A stretch of 64,000 bases of DNA from Octopus sinensis (taxonomy: Eukaryota), in NCBI RefSeq assembly GCF_006345805.1, contig NC_043009.1, forward strand, positions 42,966,001-43,030,000, read 5' to 3'. Made by a program: the position numbers and the translations under genes. The notes under the pieces are model-generated. The model did no database searches, had not been told where the DNA came from, and saw only the letters and a list, made by a program, of their open reading frames with translations. Shown piece by piece: positions 52,844 to 64,000 of the stretch. Each line of letters starts with the position of its first letter. Within the stretch, counting starts at the first letter, position 1.

Positions 52844-55800
52844 TCATAGAATCATAGTCAAGGTGGCTTCGTCATTCATACGTGCCATCCTTGCTACATT
52901 CACCCATCTTTTTTAAAACATTCACTAGACAAAACTTGCCTCTCTACTCTCACTTTTTTCTCAAGTGATACTTGAAGAAGTTGATGAGAGATTGACCAGA
53001 GAGGAAAGTGTTGTCTCTAATCCTTTCAGACGCGTCCACCAGATACATTCTTCGCCATAGCCACAAGTATGATAAAAATAGCTCTTCCTTCCCGTTTGAA
53101 GGAAGGAGGCGTGACGATATTAACGATAGACTCGGCTGATAAACCGACACGTCCCACACGTGACAGCAGTCGTTCGACATAAGCCCACAGGTGGGAAATT
53201 GCTGGACACTGTACGATTGCGTGCAGAGCGGTTTCGTCGCTCTGCCCGCATCTCGGGCAGGTCGGCCCCGTGTTTCTCGAGCCATGCCTATAGAGCTTAT
53301 CCCGAACGGGTAGCGCTTCTCGGTAGCACCGCCAGGCCAGGGATCTCTGGAAGTTGTCCATAGGTCCCGGGCCGAAAGTCGTTTGAAACAGGCGGGTCAG
53401 GTATTCCTCGTCGACGCCCAGGTTTGCCCCGAGCTCGTCGTCGTACCTCCCCTCCACTAATCCCCTATAGAATGCTTTGGTTGTGTTGAAGTCACTCAAG
53501 GTCGACCCGGGACGGCAGAGTTGCTTGAGAGCAACGCGACACTCGCGGTGCCATTCGCCCTTCTTCGGCCTCTTTTGATCCACGACTGTAGTTCGGTCAT
53601 GGAGACGAGTTGCGGGAATGCGTGCCTCACAAACGGCGACCACACCTGTTCACCGTCGTCTACATAGAGCCGGAGATGTCGCAGTCTCAGCGCGTGTCTG
53701 CGCATCATCAACCACGGCATGCCCAGCCCTCCTTTTAACGGGTGTTGACAGCAAATGGATCGCCTGACCATCGGGACGCATCCTTTCCACAAGAAGCGGA
53801 AGAGGATGCGTTCTAGTTTGGTGATGGTAGGGTCGGGACAAGGTACGACGGTCAGGCGGTAGTAGATGATGGACGCGATGTACGCGTTCACCACCTCCGC
53901 CCGACCTTTTAGGGACAGTTTCCTCTCGGCCCATTGCTGGGCGAGAGTGACCACCCTACTCGTTATCTCGTTCCAGTTCTTCTCCATTTGGAGTCCGGAC
54001 CGAACCAGACCCCGAGCAACTCAACCGGGCCGTCTGTCCAGCGTCCCACGACGGAGGTACTGGTGGACGGCATGGGTTTGGCTTGCTTCTCCAGGTGCCG
54101 AGCCGCAAGCCCACTGACTTTTCCCGGTTGATTTTTGCTCCTGTCACCGCTTCGTAGTCTTTCAGTGTCTCGCCGACCCGCTCGATGTGCTCGTGGCTTG
54201 ACACTATGACGGTGACGTCGTCCGCGTATGCAGACACGCTCGTCCCGCATCCTAATTCTCGCGGGATGCCCCTCAGAGTCGCCAGCTTCCGCAGTAGTAG
54301 TGGCTCAAGAGTCAATACGTATAGAAGCGCCGAGAGGGGGCATCCCTGACGGACCGAACGTGCAATGTCGAAGGGTCTCGATAGATGTCCATTTACGCGA
54401 ATTACCGAACGGATGCCTCTGTACAAGGCAGCTATCCAGCCGCGGAAGACGGGACCGAAACCAGCCGCTCTCAGGACTGCCTCCAAGTATCGATGGTCTA
54501 CCCTATCAAAGGCTTTCGATTGATCCAAGTTGATCAGGGCCCCACCCATGCCAGGTTCGTTAACTACCCTGTCTATGATGTAGCGCATCAGATGGAGGTT
54601 GTCATGGATGTTCCGGCCCGGCACGGCGCACGTTTGTGCGTTGTCGACCAGTTTCTCCATGACAAGCGCCAACCTCTTGGCTAACACCTTTGTCAAAATT
54701 TTCAGGTCTGCATTGAGCAGAGTGATGGCCTAAAGTTATCTATAATGTTTCCCTTGTTTGGATCTTTCTTCAGCAGAGTTACAGCTCCTCGACTCACAAA
54801 ACCGGGTATGCTCCCGTTTTGCTGCCAGTTGCAGTATACCGCTGCCAAGACGTCTCCAAACAAGTCTGGCATACAATAGTAAAATTCGTAGGGTAGACCA
54901 TCCAAACCCGGTGATTTGTCCCTCGAGCATTCTGCCATCGCTTCCCGCACTTCCGCCGCCGTGATGGCACCTTCGCAGCACCCTGCCTTTCTTGTCGAGA
55001 GTCGTGGCAGGCTATGTAGGTAGGCACTGAAGTCTACCCTACGTTCTTGCCCTCCACTCGTCCCGAACAGTCGGGCAAAATGCTGCTGAAAGGCCTCACA
55101 CATTTTACTGGCTCGAGCAATTCGCGCCCCTGTTCATCTACCAGTGACCGAATGGTGGCTTTGTTGCCCTGTTGCGCCTCTGCCACCGGGCCTCTCTCGC
55201 GCGCTCCAACACCTTCGTTCCTTAGAGCACGCATCCTAGCTCTGACAGCACATCCTTCGTGTTGGCGTTGTTGAAGTGTTGGTCGAGGGCCAACCTCGCC
55301 GCCAAAACGTCGGATGCGATGCCGCTTCTAATTGCCTCTTCTAGCTTCTTAACTAGCTCACCCTCTACTCTATTTCTATCTATGGCTAGTGCTTTGCTGT
55401 ACCTAATCGCTTCTGCTTTTACTGCTCTCTTGAGGGCAAACCACCATTTGTTGTTGATGATGGCTCCCGTCAAAGCCCTCTTTACTAGTGTGCTAATCCG
55501 GTCTCTGAAAACTTGTCTGGACGGGAATGATGCGTTCAGTTTCCAGTACCCAGGACCCTGTCTATGTGCCTTATCTAAGTCTAGCGTACACGTCACCAAT
55601 TTGTGATCCGTGTAGCTGACTGTGTGGAATTGTGGACATCCTAAGTTATCCTTGTCTACTGTCCTACACAGTATCCTATCTAGATACGATCTCGACGACC
55701 CACTGCGGTTGCTCCATGTCCACGTTGGTGCATTGGGTGGTCGAGTCGGTACCTGTCAGACAGTTGGAATCGTCTGAGCAGGTCTCTGAGGCATTTGCAT

Positions 55801-56282
55801 CCCCTTCTGTTTCTGTCTCTACCCACGTAGTCTACATGCGTGTCCAAGGTAGCATTCCAATCCCCCACTAAGAGTAAAGGACGAGACGTTCCCAAGAATA
55901 CTTCTAGACGTCGAAAGAAATCCGCCCGACCTGTTAAGGGCGGTGCGTAGACTGATACGAGTCGAAAAGCGCACCCATTGCTGCCGTCAACATCCAGAAC
56001 GATCAGTCTACCCTCCGGGTCTACGAATATCGTCTTGACTTCGAGATCCAGGCTCTTGTGAAAAAGTACCGCGGTGCCACTACCGCCCATCCTCGGCAGA
56101 CAGGGAGCGAAATAAATGTTAAACTGTCCGCCAAACATGGACTTTAGGGCCCGTGGCTCGTGGAGTCTGGTCTCACTTATGGCTATGATTCCCAAATCAT
56201 GTGACTTGATGTCATTTAGGAGGTATCCTTGTTTCCAAGGAGACCCCAAGCCACGCGCATTCACACAACCAATCTTGACCAT
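52844..56282 (-). CDS. Tx1 ORF2: AP endonuclease + reverse transcriptase + C-terminal CCHC (frameshifted as assembled)
   Basis: MVKIGCVNARGL, ISETRL, LVGDWN, KSPGLDG, LDQSKAFDRVDH, VRQGCPLS, AYADDV, KGGLGMP, CPRCGQSDETALHAIVQC; the track fragments join through small indels. Confidence 0.92.
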
Positions 56283-56331
56283 GATCTATTGGGGTGTGTG
56301 CTTTAAAACACACAAATGAAAGTACAGAGAG

Positions 56332-58425
56332 TTACTTACTTGTGTCGAAAGTTTTGGCTTCCTCGTTCTTTGATGTGTCTTCGAGGAGGTTTCTATATAG
56401 TTTTTGGGACAGATATTTCTGGAAACCCCCTACAGCATTTGGGAAGAGGGCTTTGAGTTTGTGGTGTGTTGGTTGTGTGATGTGTAGTATTTTGATGTGT
56501 TTGGGTGGTGTAGTGCGTGGATGATTGCTATTTTTAAAGTCATCTTCACAAATGTTTGTGTATCCTGTGATGTACTCCATTAGTTTGGAGTCTTTTGTGT
56601 CTATCGCTGATAGCATTGTTTTTGTGGTGTTGGTGCTTGTTTTGTTGTGTATGGAGTTTTCAGGGTTCAGGTATCTCCCTGGTTTGGTTGCGATTTCTTG
56701 TTTGGTTTTTCTTGATCTTTTTCTTTTACCCCCTGTGGCTATTTGCCATTCTGTCGAACTTTCATCGTTAGATGAAAAGTCTGACGAATCAGCAGGGGGC
56801 AAGGGGGTAAAGCGTCTGGGTGTGTTTGTGCGGTTGTTGATATTGTTGTGGTGCGCGGGGGAGGGTGTTGCTGGGGGGTTTGTTGTGGTTATGTCTCTCC
56901 TACATCCTTGGTGCTTGTCTTCTTCGTTGTTATTCTTGGTGTTGGAATTGGTTTATTTGTTGTTGGTGGTGATGATTCTGTTCTTGGCGCTGGTGTTGGT
57001 GTTGTTGGTTGGGTTGGTTGTTCTTTGTTGTTTTTCCTGCATTTCCGCATACAGCTTCTTGACTAGCTGTCCATATTGTGGTGTGGGCAATAATCCTGGC
57101 TTTTGTGATTTTTCCTGTGGCTGTTGTTGTTGTTGTAATTTTGCGGCAGATTTGCACTCCTTTTTGAGGTGTGCCTCACTGCCACATGTATAGCATCGTG
57201 GCCTTCTGCCCTCGACTACTACGTATAACTTGCGCCATCCTCAAGATGTACGTGGGTGGGGATTTTATTTATGTTCTTGACTTATGTGGAAGAGGAACTC
57301 TATTCTCTTTCCCAGCCAGTCCTTGTTTTCCGAAACACCGATATCTAGGATGTTTATGTCCTCCATTTCGGATGTTACGGCGGATGTAATCCACAGTGTT
57401 GTAGTCACTGGGGGACACCACTGATAATGACTTTCGTCACCTTCTGGCCGAGGTAACTCGGTGTCAACGTTAGTTCATCAGAATGAAGGTTATCGTGAGA
57501 ATTTCTTCGCCAACTCTTCATTCTGAAAAACACCTGTACGTGTGCGAACTTGTTCGCCCAAGTCACACAATCCTTGTATCCCCAGATGGGGCGTAAGCAC
57601 TTTTCGACTTGTCTGTGCTTGCCTTTTCTGGACTTTTTGTTTTTTTATTTGTGATTTTATATACAATTGTCTTTTTTTTCTCCTCATTCAGTATGTGCTG
57701 AGGTATGTGTAAGAGTATTTTTCCGTTTTGATTTGTAATAAGGTTTCTGCAATCTTTAATCTGTTGTGTAGTAAACGAAACTTTTGTTACCTTTTCTTTT
57801 ATCGCCTCGGCGAAGTTTGTTGTTGTTTTGTTATTTTGTTACTGTTGATGTTGATGGCAGGGGTGTGGGTTGTAGGTTTGTGGTTGCTGATTATGCAACT
57901 AGCAAGGGTGGAAAATTGCCTGCGTAATTTAGTCCTGCATTAGCGCAAATTTCGGCATTTCGTTGCTTGTCGTCGTTATTTTTTCACTTGTTGGTGATGG
58001 AGTGAGCAGTGGTTGAAGGGAATTGTTGTTGTCGTCGTCGTTGTTGTTGTTGTGTGTTGTTGTGTTGTTATTGTCGTTTGGTGACGGCGGTGGTGTTAGT
58101 AGTATTAGTAGCATTGACGGCACGGTCTTTGGTGGCGGTGATGGTGATGTTGGTATTGTTATTGGTGGCGACGTCTTTAGTAGGGATAGCAGTTTTTAGT
58201 AGCAGATTCTGCCATGGTGTTGTTGTCGGTGTGTGGTGGTGGTGGACTCACTGATGGTGTTGACGGTGCTTGGCCTTGCGACCTTTGTTTTGTATTTGTT
58301 GCTGTTGTCGATGTTGATGGTGGCGGAGTTGTCAGGTTCAGCGCGTAAGGTAACAGAGCATCCTGTTTTTCTGCCTCTGCGTCACGGTTGACTTGCACCT
58401 CAGCCTCGTGGTGACCAGTGGCCAT
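56332..58425 (-). CDS. Tx1 ORF1 (gag-like, low-complexity ends, one CX2CX4HX4C knuckle; frameshifted as assembled)
   Basis: Starts MATGHHEAEVQ; VVVEGRRPRCYTCGSEAHLKKEC at 57154-57195; ends FDTSK* 49 nt before the ORF2 ATG. Confidence 0.8.
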
Positions 58426-58649
58426 TTTGGAAATAAAATGGCTAAATGAAACCACGAAGGCTATGAGAAATTTTTCTTTTAAATTTTGCCCACAAGGGGC
58501 AAAATTTTGTGGAGATATTTATCAAAGGTTACAGTGGATGGTTGTTGCACAACTTTTAAACACAAAATATTTCACAATAAATAATTTTCAACGTACAAAA
58601 TGACCAACTTACGTGGAGCCCATTTGACTAGCGTCCGTCCATGTCGAGA

Positions 58650-58675
58650 GATAGATAGATAGATAGATAGATAGG

Positions 58676-58730
<55 letters not shown>

Positions 58731-58731
58731 G

Positions 58732-58802
<71 letters not shown>

Positions 58803-58813
58803 GTAGATAGATA
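58650..58813 (+). repeat. (GATA)n (~40 units, a few GGTA variants) abutting the Tx1 5' end
   Basis: Direct reading. Confidence 0.97.
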
Positions 58814-59914
58814 TATGTATAAAAGTATATATATAAAAGTTATATATAAAAGTAGATTAATAGATATCAGTGGGATAGAGAATTACATATCCAGGCTTTA
58901 TTTTACAGTTAATTACATCCTTCTTTGGCAGTACCTACACATGTTTCTGCTGTGAGCCATTGCACACTGCAGATTATGCATCTTGGTGTGTGTCTGGATG
59001 TTAATTATTTGTGCTGCTTCATCAGGATAAAATTTAACTGCATTTTAGATATCATCTGAACAGAGTACTTAGCGGTTCAGCAAAAGAGACTGATAGAATA
59101 AGTACTAGGCTTACAAAGAATAAGTCCTGGGGTCGATTTGCTTGACTAAAAGTGGTGCTCCAGCATTGCCACAGTCACATGACTGAAACAAGTAAAAGAG
59201 TGAGTATTAGCCCAACTAGAATTATTCATGCATATGTGTGTGTGTGTCAGTATGTGTGTGTGTGTGTATGTGAGCTAGTTTAAGTATGGTATAGATAGGA
59301 ACTAGGTAGCATGGAGAAAGATCAGACTCTTGAACTATGACTCCAGCAGGGTGAGGTAATCCAAAAAGTTGGTTAAAACAATATTCAAAATCAAGCAGGT
59401 ATGGAAATGTAACATTGCCTAACTATTGCATCTTTGTGCATTCAGATGTACGATGATATCAACCAGTCACTGAACATTCGAAACTGGTGTAAAGATCTGA
59501 ACTAATTACATCATGTAAACTGCATACACAGCTTTTTAAATATATACATTCCTTCCTCTCACCTGTTAATGTTTATCTCTCTTTCTTCTTCTACACACAC
59601 CACACACACATATATATGTATATATTTATATACGTAAGTGTGTGTGAGTATATATATGTATGAGTATGTATATATATATTAGTATATATGTGTGTGTGTA
59701 TATATGTATATGTATATATTTATATATATGTACATGTATATGTCTATATATGTCTGTATATATATATATGTGTATATATATATATGTATATATGTAATAT
59801 ATATATATATATATATATCTATATATATATATATATATATATATATGTAGGTCCCGGGTTGATTCGGGGTTAACCACAGTAATAAGGTACTCAATACATA
59901 GCAGAGTAAAATTA

Positions 59915-60006
59915 ATTTATTATATAGAAGAGCTTCTACAGGACTAGAACTGTTTCATTCAAGAGAAATTGAAACAGTTCTAGTCCTGTAGAAGTCCTTC
60001 TATATA

Positions 60007-60012
<6 letters not shown>
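59915..60012. repeat. 98-bp hairpin (43-bp arms, 12-nt loop), probably a Penelope-like inverted terminus
   Basis: Arms differ by 2 nt; each arm carries GAAACAG-ttctagtc-CTGTA. Confidence 0.8.
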
Positions 60013-60050
<38 letters not shown>

Positions 60051-60629
60051 ATAGAAATGTTAAGACAACAAAAGAATGAAAGAATGTAAATATAGGAATT
60101 TATCTGTAAAATATAATATGTGACAATTATTCAGTAGCCTTGATAAAACTCTGAGTTTTGGATGTCAAGGCAGAAACCCACGCTGCTATCTCTTCAGTTA
60201 TCTGGCCATCAAAAAAATGCTATTAATATATATATATATGTGTGTAGAGCAATAAGAAAATGGAGGGGATCAATAGGTGGTAATCATCAACTTTTAGACA
60301 TTATATTATGTCAATTTATGTATTAATTTACTAAAATGCCAACTATAACAATATACATACATGTATAACATATTATGCTTTAGATATATAATATATAAAG
60401 ATACCAGTAATTATTAAAATATATAACATACAGGAATAGAAATTGGGAAAATATCTTACAGCTGTTTCAGACAAGAGGTAAAAATACCTAATTCTACCTT
60501 TATCCTTCCAGTAGACTGAAGTAATTAGTAGATAAATTGAGGTACTTGGGTGTTTCTCTAGGCAGTATATTGGATAGATATTATCCCTTAGTTGGTTGGA
60601 TTCACAACCTCTATCTTTCTTGGAAATAT

Positions 60630-60676
<47 letters not shown>

Positions 60677-61566
60677 GAATGGATTGGCAGACTGAAACTG
60701 AAAGAAGCCTATTATATATGTATATCATCATTATCATCATCATTTAACAGAAAACAGATGTTAAATGATGATGATGATGATGATATGTATATATATATAT
60801 ACGTATATAATATATACACATCCATATATATATATATATATATATATATGTATACATATATACAGCAGGCTTCTTTCAGCTTCCTGCAGCCAAATCCACT
60901 CACGTGGCTTTGGTTGACCCAAGGCTATAATGAAAGAAACCTGCTTAAAGTACCACACAGTAGGACTGAACTCAGAGCCCTGCAATCCAGAAGCAAACTG
61001 CCTACCACACAGCCATGCCTGTGCCTGTATATAAAGAATATAAATTCTTTTCTTGGATAAATTTTATCTCTCACCAACTCAAAATTTATGGAAACCATAG
61101 AACCATCATGTTTTTTCCTTCTATTTTTTGCATGTGTGAAGAATTCGTATTTATCTGCATCAGAAATATGTATAAAATCATTTGTTTTATTTGTCTTTTG
61201 TGAAGAATTAACTCAAAATTAAGTGGGAACAATTGAATAATTAAATATCTGTTAATTCCATTTTTTTTTTATCAATTTGCTTTAAATTTTGTAGAAACAG
61301 AAAATACAATACAAAGCCAATTTTGGCAATTGTTTCTTGTTAAATGTTTTTTTCGCTTTTAAACCAAAATATGCCAGCGTTAGGAAGAATAGAAACATGG
61401 TAAATGTTAGCTCTTTAAAGATGCTGACTTAAATATTTTGTAAAAGCCAAGAAATTTAAATAAAATTTTATTCTTTTTACATTTTAATATCAATGAGGTG
61501 AAACAGTTAATTTTCTTCTTTTTTTCACAGTTCTGATAATGAAAATCTATAAAGTTTACACCATCT

Positions 61567-61602
<36 letters not shown>

Positions 61603-62887
61603 TGCATGTATGCGTGTGTGCATGTGTGCATGTATGTGTGCTTTTATATATGTTTATGTGCATTGGGGAAATGTAAGAAAAAGAGAGATAAATACGTATA
61701 TAGGTATATAGATATAAATATATTCATACACACATACACATATATACACACATACAGACACACACACATGTGTACATCTCTATATCTACCTCTCACTCTC
61801 TCTCTCTCCCTCTCTCTCTCTATATATATATATATGTATGTATATGTATGCATGTATATATGTATGCATATATATATATATATATATATTAATATATATA
61901 TATATATATAATATATGCATACATAATATATATATATATATATATTATATGTATATATATATATATTATATATATATATTAATATAATATATACTATATA
62001 TATATATATATATATGTATATAGTTTCCCTTTTTGTATATTCCCTTCCTTTTTCTAGATTAAATAAAAAAAATCGACTCCTTATCTCTCATATCGTACAG
62101 CCTATTCAATCCCCATTGTCCCTCCTCCATTACAACTTTGCGGTTTATATTCTAATTGAAGAAATAGTTGTCTTCATTATAATTTTTGTGATTTTATTGT
62201 TATCATCCTCTTTATCGTGATTATTATCATCATTGCTATTAACACCTTAATTATCGCATTGTTAATTCTTGAAAATTAATTGAATATTAAAAAAGATCAT
62301 TAAATATTTGCCTTATTATTATCTGTTCTTCCACACTTGATGTTACAATTTACAGCAAATTCCTGTATTATAATTCTCCGCAATATTTCCAAGTGAGTAT
62401 AACACTGGAATTTGTACCATGCTTTCATTGAGTGTTGCAGGTGCCTGTGTAGTCACTAGCAGACATTGACACTTTCTTAACTCTCTCAGCGTTTAATGAA
62501 TATGTGACAGCAAGAAGGAAAGCACTTTACACTAGCAGTCAGCTGGTACTCATATTTTCAGCTGAGTAGACTGCAACAACATGAAATGGAGTGTCTTGAT
62601 CAAGGAGACAATGAGCCTATTTTCCTCAAAACTGAAACCATGAGCTAATTATCATGATTACAAACCCTAACAAATGGACGATATGAAATATTTTGCTTAG
62701 ATAAAAAAGTATCTATAACATTGAGTGACTCCTTAGAGCGTTAGTTCATGTACAAGAATATAGTTTTTGTACAATGTCAATAGTCGGAGCTCAATGCAGA
62801 CTTAATAAAACAACTGACTCAATCACTCAATTATCATTATTTAAATTTTAAAATTTTTTCTTTCTTTCTTAGCGTAAATCTTTGATA

Positions 62888-63245
62888 TACATCATCATCA
62901 TCATCATCATCATTACCACTACCGTCACCAACATCATTGTCGTCGTCATCATCATCATCCTCATCATCGTCATCATCATCATTATCTTTGTCATCACCAT
63001 GACCATCATCATCCTCATCTTCATCATTGCCAACATCATTCACCTCTATCATCAATCTCATGATAATCATCATTACCATCTTTATCATCTTCATTATCAT
63101 CATCATCATCATCTTCTTTCTCATCACCACTACCATCATTGTCATCATCATCATTGTCATCGTCATCATCATCACCTTCATCATCGTCGTCATCATGTTC
63201 ATCATCATCATCATCATCATCATCACCGCCACCACCATCACCACA
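62888..63245 (+). repeat. Degenerate (CAT)n tract
   Basis: Direct reading. Confidence 0.92.
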
Positions 63246-63924
63246 CTCCTCTTCTTTATCATTGTTTTAAGATCTACTTCTTTTTCATGCTTGCATGAAT
63301 GAGGTGAGACTGCATAAATGCAGTGTTCTCTACAGCTGGATGCAGTCACTGACACCAACACTCGTTTCCAAACAGCATAATTACCCCCACCCCCACCAGT
63401 CTGTCAAATAACACACAGCTTGGTCATGTTTGTGCAACGGATTGCAAACAAACTGCACTATTTGTATGCACTGTCTTTTGTTTACAGTTAGAGCAAAGCA
63501 TGTCAATACACAACAAAAAAAAAAAGAAAAACAGAAACAACCTGGACGTATTTTCATGGTCAGAATACAAATAGATGACACCGTCTGTGTGAACAGTGAG
63601 GCCTGTGTTTATAACAGCATGCAAACATGTTAAGATGAAGGGAAATACAATCTCATACTCACACACACAAATACATGTATAAATACACACATATACACAT
63701 ATATATACATACACATACATGGAATGATATAAACAGCTTCATGGAATCTGTATAGGAATGTTTTGCAGAAAATTATTTTGGTTTGAGAGCTGTGAAGTGA
63801 GACAGATTTAAATAATACACACATAATCAGTTCTTGGAGATCTGGTAATATACTGTCCATAAATATATATCCCTTCAAAAGTCTATGTCTGTCTTTTTAT
63901 CTATTTATCTACCTATTTCTCTCT

Positions 63925-63960
<36 letters not shown>

Positions 63961-64000
63961 CCTCTCTCTCGTCTCTCCCTCTCTCTCTCTCTCTCTCTCT

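Larger units (their letters stand above)
52419..58649 (-). mobile_element. Apparently full-length Tx1/L1-clade non-LTR retrotransposon (~6.2 kb)
   Basis: 5' UTR ~220 nt; ORF1 with CCHC knuckle; ORF2 APE-RT-CCHC; U-rich 3' UTR ending AATAAAGAAACA; no poly(A); (GATA)n on both sides. Confidence 0.95.

Noticed and set aside
56525-57193. 222-aa plus-strand hydrophobic ORF
   Set aside because: Antisense shadow of the A/C-rich Tx1 ORF1; no independent evidence.
59958-59966. TTCAAGAGA in the hairpin loop, identical to the common shRNA vector loop
   Set aside because: Stem is 43 bp, there is no Pol III promoter or T-run, and the context is a genomic repeat; treated as coincidence, not vector contamination.
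60130-60205. Hammerhead-like CTGAAGA...AAAACTCAGAGT on the minus strand
   Set aside because: GAAA core is mutated and stem II does not close; too degenerate to call.

Overview
AT-rich animal genomic DNA saturated with microsatellites, very probably Octopus (inferred from the SINE families and repeat load, not proven). There is one 100-N scaffold gap. No host protein-coding gene could be confidently identified, and nearly all ORF-track entries are translations of simple repeats. Recognisable mobile elements: (1) an apparently full-length 6.2-kb Tx1/L1-clade LINE (52419-58649, minus) with (GATA)n on both sides; (2) a 5'-truncated R4/Dong-like RLE retroelement with (AAT)n on both sides; (3) three RTE-clade LINE fragments; (4) three Tc1/mariner elements (a DD41D rosa-type, a ~1.27-kb mariner, and an internally deleted DD34D mariner); (5) a non-autonomous Helitron; (6) at least four SINE families, labelled A-D here, in dozens of copies, including a same-orientation array; (7) Penelope-like remnants with degenerate hammerhead-like motifs. 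Several local fold-backs and inverted duplications sit next to microsatellites. One is a perfect 224-bp inverted copy that preserves the empty site of a neighbouring LINE insertion. The main theme is that different mobile elements and templated-copy events occupy different microsatellite types. SINE and simple-repeat boundaries are approximate.
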